Part shown: positions 56,001 through 64,000 of the stretch, piece by piece | How the letters are laid out: the number at the start of each line of letters is the position of its first letter | Position numbering within the stretch: the stretch's first letter is position 1 | Source of the DNA: Somniosus microcephalus | Taxonomy: Eukaryota | Reading direction: 5' to 3' | NCBI GenBank assembly: GCA_052327205.1 | Contig: CM126223.1 | Location: 51,956,001 to 52,020,000 of the forward strand | DNA length: 64,000 nt | Translations under genes and position numbers: made by a program | Notes under the pieces: model-generated | Seen by the model: only the letters and a program-made list of their open reading frames with translations | The model's database searches: none | What the model was told of the DNA's origin: nothing

Positions 56001-59000
56001 AGACAACATCCTTCCAAGGAGAGAACAGACTGAATCCCACTTTTTTTGCCTGTTCTTTCACATGCAAGATAGTTACCAAACTGCAGAACAGCATTTCAGT
56101 ACAATATTTAATTTAAGGCAAAAAAACTGCAGTTAAACAGGATTCTACCAAAAATCACAAAGGACTATTGGAACCATCAGTTTCTTAGACCCATGGAGCA
56201 AGACAGTATTAAACAAATAGACCAGCAGTTAAAAGCCAGAGTTTCAGACCAAACTATAAACAGTGTTCAGGTGTATTGAATGTTATTTGTACAAACAGCA
56301 AACATACTAGGCATGACAGCTTCAACCATAGAACATAATTCATCTAATGTCTGGGAGCATTTGACCTCCAAGTGACTAACAACAAATCTCCTGGCTGAAA
56401 CAGCTGAGCTGACTTGTATCCAGCAAATTACTTCCCATCTCAACATCTTTCATTGCATCCCAGTGGAAGAAATTTGAGAATTGTTTAGTGTGGTCATTAC
56501 AGTTCAGAGTAAGACCCAAGGACAAAAAGAGTCTTTAAGAAGCTGCTTTAAATACACCAAATGCACTTTATGCCACCTTTACATTGCTTTGTGGGATGCT
56601 AGAAACACCAGTTCCCAGTAAGCAGGTTTCTTGCAGCCAGTGGCAACCCAAGTAACCAGCCAGAAGATTTTCAATGCCATTTTACTACATAAAAAGCAGT
56701 TCAACTAGCTTAAAAAACCTAAACATCCAGTGATTGACAATCTGTGACTCATCTCAACCCTTCTAGTTGAAGAGGAGCTGAATAGAATGCAACTAGTAAT
56801 CAAGAGAACACATCTATAGTTTACTAATGTCAGCACCATTAGACTGCATTCCAGCCTTCAACGCACAAGTAGATGAGAAAAGCCATGTATTCTAGCAAGG
56901 GTGTCTAAACTACAGCCCAAGACATTTACTACCATCAAGCCCTGGCTATCCAGCCAAAGCCCAGATAACTCAGTCCATTTGAAGCCAATATTTGGCAGCT
57001 TTGGTCCCATTTCAATCTGGTTGACCCAGATGTCTAGAAAGCAGTTTGTCTCAGTGGGGCAGTTTGAGGTGGGGGAATCCTAAAATCAGAACTTGTGCCA
57101 CAATTTAATGGGAACACAGGATTTAAACAATGTTCACACCCCAGGTGATCCATACAGAAAACAAAACCTTCAATAGTCCAGCACTAAAAGGGTTCAGAAG
57201 ATAGCAAATTAAAAGCAGTCATTCTCTAGTACTATTGGAATAAAATGGACAAAACAGTAGTAACTTGGTGCAAAAATTGGAATTTTCCTGCTAAATTTCA
57301 CTCCCAAACCTTTGATTTGGTCAGTTTTACTATCTAAAGTGTGCTAAACAAGTACAAACTGGCAGTTAAGAGGCTACAAAACAAGTCAAAAAAAGCAAGA
57401 AACCAGTCACCCAAAACACATTAAAACTAAAACTGCTGGTTTTAAAAGAAATTACCACAACGCTCAAGAGCTGGAGTGCTGAGGCACCATTAAGTGAAGG
57501 GATAAAGCCAACATCCTCACCGTAGAGGGTTTTTTCTTGACTTTGTAGATTATCTTAAAGATGGTCTGGATGAATTAGACATGCCTCAAGTTTGTGAGGA
57601 GCCAGTATACAAGGACAGCAAGGGACCCCATACAAATCAACAGTTCACCCCCATCCATGTTCAATTTATATTGTAAGGAAAGATACTGTCCAAGGAGGGG
57701 TCAGCATTAGTGGCAAGAAAATGTCACAGGTGGAAAACAAATAGGTATCCAACAGATGAAATCTTGTATGTTTGAACACAGGACAAGGATACTTAAAATT
57801 TCAGCCAAAGAAGCCATTCCCAGCCCACTCATGTCCCAATCACTGCTTTAAAAAAGTCCAACTCTTGTACCAGCACTATTATTTGCTCTCATTTCAAGTC
57901 TTCTACAACACCATTAACAGGGAAATTCTGTAAATACAATTGTATCAAGTATTTTTTTTTAATGTATGTGTGTTATGTTTATACACTCATTCCTCATTGA
58001 GCTCTAATCACTTCAGTAACTCCACCAAAACTTAACCTTACTGAAGCAAATTAGACTTGGCAGGTTGTACACCCTACAATGCCTAAAATTTGTGCCAGTG
58101 TTTCAAATGCAAGTGATGAAACTGTGGTGCATCAAATCCCACAAGATATGCTTCCAAATTCATATCTAGGGGGCAAGCTAGAGATGTCTGAAAAGCAGAA
58201 GATTAAACAGATGTTATTCATTGCTTCCAACTCAAATTACTGATTCATTTGTAGGATTCAACATTAAACTTAAATGTTGAGTAAAGTTTGAGGTCCATGA
58301 ACACAAATGCATATGGATTCAGCTCATTAGAAAGCCACAAGAGTTATTTCATCTTTAAACTGTGCTCTCAGTAACTTATCAGCTTTTGTCCTATGGGAAA
58401 TGGGTGAAACAGGCAAGACCTTGACAGTCAAGTCACTTATGTCACTGTACTTAAAATCAAGGGCTAAGTTGCTCTTTTGTCAAAGATCATTGGTAGAATT
58501 TGATCTAGCTGCAGCAAAGTTAAGTGTACAAACTGTCATTGTAAAAGGTATGTTCCTCAGTTGATCTCTGCCAGGGTGGCAGCATTAGTGCTGCCGTTAA
58601 GTCAACTGCCCCCCATATAGGGAAGGCAGGGTTAAGTTTTTTATTCTAATTGAGTGATCCTCACCAGAAAGATCATATACAGACATAATCAAGCTAATTC
58701 CCCAAGGCTCAGGGAGGTACATGGCCCATGAGACAATCAAGTAAACTGAGGCACCACACAAGTGGGCCCAAATGATAATTTAGCACACTACTTCATATGA
58801 AGCCAATTTTAACATTTTGTATGACATGGCAAACTAAATCAATGTAATCGAGCCCCCTCACCCCAATTACAAACAAGTTCAAGTCAATGAACTCAACCCA
58901 AGAAAACTTAATTAACATTGACCAATACAGCTCTCCAGGCATCTCAATACTTTAGACCCAATGTAAAAACCATCTCTGTTTGGCAAGCTTGTCATGAGCT

Positions 59001-60741
59001 AATCTGGGACAGTGTGCTGTTTGCAAAGAGACCTATTTTATGATTTTGATTTACATTACAGTATCTGCTCAGAACAGCCAACAGTCAGACACTTGTAGCC
59101 AAAGTACCAAACCAGTCTATTGTTATTTACAGTAGCAAATTGATCCCTCTAAAACAGCAGTTTGTGGCCTGGTTAAATAGATCAATTTGACTGAAGAACT
59201 TCCTAAAAAAAAGTGGACAAAAAGCCAAATGCTTCAAGAGAATTAGACAGCCAGCCAATGCCAGTTAGTCTTGGACACATACTACCTAGTTGGGGTAAGT
59301 CTAAACCAGAACTAACCAGTGCATCAAATGTTGGATTCTTATATTCAAGAAGCACTGCAGTCTCACCTTGAGACCCCAATCTTGCAGACTACTTTTTAAA
59401 TGCGAGTGCAACAGACTCAATACATACACAAGCATGCCAATGGCTATCTTTGGTATTTTTGGTCAACTGGTGGTCATCAGGGCTATCTGGATTATGTTGG
59501 CTATTAATAGCTGGTAACAAGTCATTATTCCAAGCACTTGGGTGTGTATTAACTTTGTCTAAAGGGATGGATCTTAATCAAACCTTTCCCTTATATGCTT
59601 TCTGCAGGAGCAAAGAGCAGAATAGAAGCCATTCTCAGCATGCAATTGCAGAAGCTATTTTGAGGGTGCTATTTTAAAAGCCTATTTAAGCCAAGGAACG
59701 CCTAGAGGGGAAACACTAAACTACAGACAAGAATATGCTCTTTATTAGTCAGCTTTTTTCAGTGGCAATTCTGTGAAAAAGGCCATCTATTCTAAACACC
59801 AGTCCTACCACCTCTAAAGTCAGTAATGATTTAGACACATTTAATGTGAGGGAACCCTAATGAGGGAGACACCCATTTCATTTGGCATAACTTCAAAAAA
59901 ATGAAGTGCTCCAATACTCAACATTCCCAGTACAAAGTTCCATTTTAAGCTTTTGCTCAAGGAGTACAAAACAGCTCAAGGGCTACTGTACCTTTGGTAT
60001 TCTAACATGTGCACAGTATCTTAAACCACTCAATTCAAATTTAAACATTTACACCAACTGCTCCCAAAGCAAAAAAGGTGGGCTCAAAAGTTAGTCCAAC
60101 ACATGCACCAATACTGTATAATGAAGCCGAGAGCCAGGACATTCAAATCAATCTGTATGCAGGCAGCTGATTCTCAAAATTATCCCATCTGCACACGATT
60201 AAAGCCAGCACTGATGTGCCTTTTACTTCACAAGAGTGAAGGAAATGGTTTGGTTTATTCTAATTCTAGAAGAGTCCAAAATTATCAGCTGCCAAGGAAA
60301 CCAGCTATAACTTCAGACAATACTAATGCTGCTACAGCAGCTCTGCCAATATAAAGAGTTAGTCAGTAAATACTATGGCCAGTGAGGAATTAAAACAAAG
60401 GGTACAGCTGGAAACATTAATACTGTACTTTTACTTTCAAAATACAACACAGGAAGTCTAGAGTCAGTCATTTAAAAATCCACCGTTTCTGTACCAGATA
60501 CTTATCAGAAGTGGGTGGGTTTGACAAGAAGCCAGTTTTCTGGGTTCAAATCAGATTAGTCAGAAATAAGTTTGGGGGAACGCAACAATTCAATGAGAGC
60601 AGAGGCAAATTTTAAAAAAAGGTAGTTGAAAGTTTGCAGATATAACTAACCAGTCCAGGTGCTTTTCAAATAGGATGGCTACATAAAGCTTCTGGAGAAT
60701 TTAAATCAATTTCATTGGTCACCCATCCTAAATAAATTTAA

Positions 60742-61500
60742 TAGATGGGCAGAACAGTGGCAAATGGAATGTAACCCTGAAAAGCGAGGTGATGCATTTT
60801 GGGAGGACTCAAGGCAAGGAATACACAATGAATGGTAGGATCCTAGGAAGGACAGATGAACCTTGGTGTGCATGTACAGATCCCTGAAGGCAGCAGGGCA
60901 GGTAGAGAAGGTGGTTAAGAAGGCATATAGGATACTTATATTCTATGCCTCAGCTAATGAAGGCAAGAGCAGGGAGGTTATGATGGAGCTGTACACTAGT
61001 TAGGCCACAGCTGGAATACTGTGTGCAGTTCTGGTCACCACACTAAAGGAGGGATGGATTGCATTGGAAAGGGTGCAGAGGAGATTCACCAGGAGGATAC
61101 CTGGGCTGGAGCGCTTCAGCTGTGAAGAGACTGGACAGGCTGGGGTTGTTTTCCTTAGAGCAGAGAAGGCTGAGGGGGAACCTGATTGAGGTGTACAAAA
61201 TTATGAGGGGCATAGATAGGAACTTTTCCCCTTAGTAGAGGGGTCAATAACCAGGGGGCATAGTTTCAAGGTAAGGGGATTTGAGGAAAAAACTTTCAAC
61301 CAGAGGGTGGTTGGAATCTGGAACTCACTGCCTGAAAAGGGTGGTAGAGGCAGGAACCCTCAACACAAGAAGCATTTAGATGAGCACTTGAAACACCATA
61401 GCATACAAGGCTACGGACTAAGTGCTGGAAAATGGGATTAGAATAGACGGGGCTTGATGGCCGGCGTGGACACGATGGGCTGAAGGGTATGACTCATGAC
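60742..61500 (+). mobile_element. 5'-truncated CR1 LINE, distinct subfamily
   Basis: tggcaaatggaa, gttaggccacagctggaatactgtgtgcagttctggtcacca (VRPQLEYCVQFWSP), tail cacgatgggctgaaggg...tatgactc. Confidence 0.9.
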
Positions 61501-62139
61501 AGCTTACTCATTGCAACAGTCCAAAGTGATAGATTTGGAATCACCAACAAGCCTATTTTACTTGGTAAAGATGGCAAGTGTTCAATATAAATGCATTACA
61601 ATTGTTCTTGTAGGCATCAAACCCAGGGGATCACAAGTCTGCAGCATTACAAATCTGAATTAATTCAAACCACCCAGCATCAAGTGCCACATCACCCAAT
61701 AGTGCAGGGTTGTAGAGTTTGCCTGTAGCAAGTCAAATCAAGGTGCAAGTGACTAGGCACTCAAACCTTCACATTGTTACTTTAAACCGACATCTAATAT
61801 CCAGTTAAAATGGAAGATATCAAACACTCCAAATACCTGTGGAGATTTAGTGGGTTGTACACAACAGGAACCATCACTTTCCCCACCCAACCCCCCCTAC
61901 ACAATAGGTTTTAAATAAAGTGATGGAGCAATTAGAGAGCCAATTTAAAGAAGCCGATAGAAGATGGAGTGAAAGATGAAACAAAAAAACAGGAATCCCA
62001 TCTGGTCCGGCACAGCAGGCTGTGCGTCAGCCAGAGCAGGACTGACAGGTTTGCTGCAAAACAACTTCCATTTATAAATTACACTTAATGCAGCAAAACA
62101 AAGATATTTCACAATACAGAAACAGGCCTGGAAGATGGA

Positions 62140-62315
62140 GAACCAGGGTGAGGTAGTAAGTTTTAAAGAAAGTTTTTGAAGGTGGAGGAGAGATGTAGCA
62201 AAAAAGATTCAAGGAGTTCACATGCAGGCAAGACATGTAAAGACTGCCAATTTGGATGGGGGGGGGGGGGGCCCCCTGAGGGGAAAAAAAAGAGTACTGC
62301 ATGGTAGAGGGAGAA

Positions 62316-62397
<82 letters not shown>

Positions 62398-62830
62398 GAT
62401 AATGAGTTGCTGGCAGGATCATTAAGGTGGAGAAAGTTCCAAAGGGAGGGATTTTTGAAGCAGATGCACTGGGTGGGGTGCAAATAGAGGTCAGTAATAA
62501 TTGTCATACTACACAGGTAGGAATTGAGTTTATGTTGGGTTGAGCGCAAGAGCCCAGTGAGGAGTGCGCTGGAGTCAAGGCAGCAGACAGGGAGGAGTTT
62601 AAGCAGCAGTTGAGATACAATATTTCCAGGTGAAAGTCAGCAGTCTTGGCGATGGACTGACTATGGCAATTGAAACTACACAATCAGGACAGGTTGAAGT
62701 TGCTCAAGTATCCAGGGGAGGGAGGAGATAAATTGAGACAGCATGTCAGGGCAAAATACAATGGCTTTGCCAATGTTTAGCTGCAAAACATTGCAGCCCA
62801 TCCACAGCTTGATGCTGGTCAGCCAGTCTA
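62140..62830 (-). mobile_element. Decayed L2-type LINE fragment carrying a (TA)n and a poly-G expansion
   Basis: gttttaaagaaagtttttgaagg..., aggtgaaagtcagcagtcttggcgatgg, atggctttgccaatgtttagctg motifs. Confidence 0.45.
62325..62394. repeat. (TA)n microsatellite
   Basis: Direct reading; source of the spurious poly-IY ORFs. Confidence 0.98.
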
Positions 62831-63331
62831 CTACAGCAACAGTTGCAACTCAATGCTAGGAGTTACTCAATACAAACATTCCTACCTCCACCCACACTTG
62901 CACAAGATAATTAAATTGTAGCCAATTGAACTGTTAGAATAATTGCTACAGTACAATGACATTCAACCAAACATGTTAACATGGAGTTCAGGTAAATACA
63001 GCAAAGTACCCCAAAGGATAGTCGGTCCAACAGGATTCAACAAGCTACAATGTGACTGAACAAGCTGGTCAACAGTCAGGAATACATGTCATTTGGAAGG
63101 CTACTGCTCTTTGCATGGTTGGAGTGTATTCACTATTCATAAAATACTTGAAGATCAAAATTAACCATGCAGACCTTTTCAATTAAACTACTACAGCCAA
63201 GTAGCAATGAAAAATTCAAATTCCAATCCAACTTTTGGGAGCATATAATGTGCAAACAACTGATACCAATCTGTGCTTTGGTGAAATGAGCAAGCAAGTT
63301 ACTTTACTAACAAGATTTGAACAGGCTGAAC

Positions 63332-64000
63332 CAAGCGTAGGTCCCTCGAGTCAGAATCAGTGGACTTTATAATAGGGAACAAAGAAATGGCAGCTCAATT
63401 AAATGCATACTTTGGTTCTGTCTTCATAAAAGGAGGACAAAATCTCCCAGAGATGTCAGGGAACATAGGGTCTAATGAGGGGGCAGAACTGAATGAAATC
63501 AGTATTTGTAGGGAAATGGGGTTAAGGAAATTGACAGGATTGAAGGCTGATAAATCCCCAGGGCCTGATAAGTACTGTAGGATGTAGATTAAGGAAGTGG
63601 CCCTAGAAATAGTAGATGCATTGCTGGTCATCTTCCAGAATTCTATCAATTCTGGAACAGTTCCCATGGATTAGAGGGTAGCTAATGTTAGAAAACAGGG
63701 CATTACTGGTAAGCCTGACATCAGTAGTGGGGAAAATGCTAGAGTCCATTATAAAAGATGTAATAGCAGAGCACTTGGAAAACAGTGACAGGATCGGACA
63801 AAGTCAACATGGATATTCAAAAGGTAAATCATGCTCGACTAATCTACTGGAAATTTGAGGATGTAACTGGTAGAATAGATAAGGGAGAACCAGTGGATAT
63901 GGTGTATTTGGACTTTCAGAAGGCTTTTGATAAGGTCCTGCATAAGAGATTAGCGTGTAAAGTTAAAGCACATGGGATTGGGGGGGCTAGGTACTGACTT
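63332..64000 (+). mobile_element. 5'-truncated CR1 LINE running off the window end
   Basis: NKEMAAQLNAYFGSVF, KADKSPGPD, VYLDFQKAFDKV; same subfamily as 48010-51323. Confidence 0.93.

Noticed and set aside
62072-62549. ORFs with poly-(IY) tracts
   Set aside because: They are translations of the (TA)n microsatellite.

Overview
Vertebrate genomic DNA, most likely a shark or other chondrichthyan (inferred from the repeat families). The window lies within one minus-strand gene, clathrin heavy chain (CLTC/CHC17). Coding exons 2-18 (36451 down to 886; 2877 nt, about residues 15-973) were mapped by hand. They join into one open frame, and their lengths match the human CLTC exon structure as I recall it. 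Exon 1 and the promoter appear to lie beyond position 64000 (intron 1 >27.5 kb), and exon 19 onward lies beyond position 1. The introns are filled with decayed CR1 LINEs (one nearly full length with an esterase ORF1), a second CR1/L2-group LINE with a partner SINE, Deu-domain SINEs, L2 fragments, Penelope-like termini and microsatellites. The strongest observations are a candidate 3-nt microexon (cag|ATG|gtgagt) in intron 2, an obligatory GC-AG donor after exon 18, two further in-frame cassette/recursive-splice candidates, a triple-nested SINE>CR1>CR1 insertion with a target-site duplication, inverted CR1 pairs that could circularise exons 2-5 into a stop-free ring, a Penelope-derived hairpin with a hammerhead-like relic, and strand-biased poly-G runs. 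I found no convincing evidence of a wholly new gene system. Repeat boundaries are approximate and family names come from recall, not from a database search.
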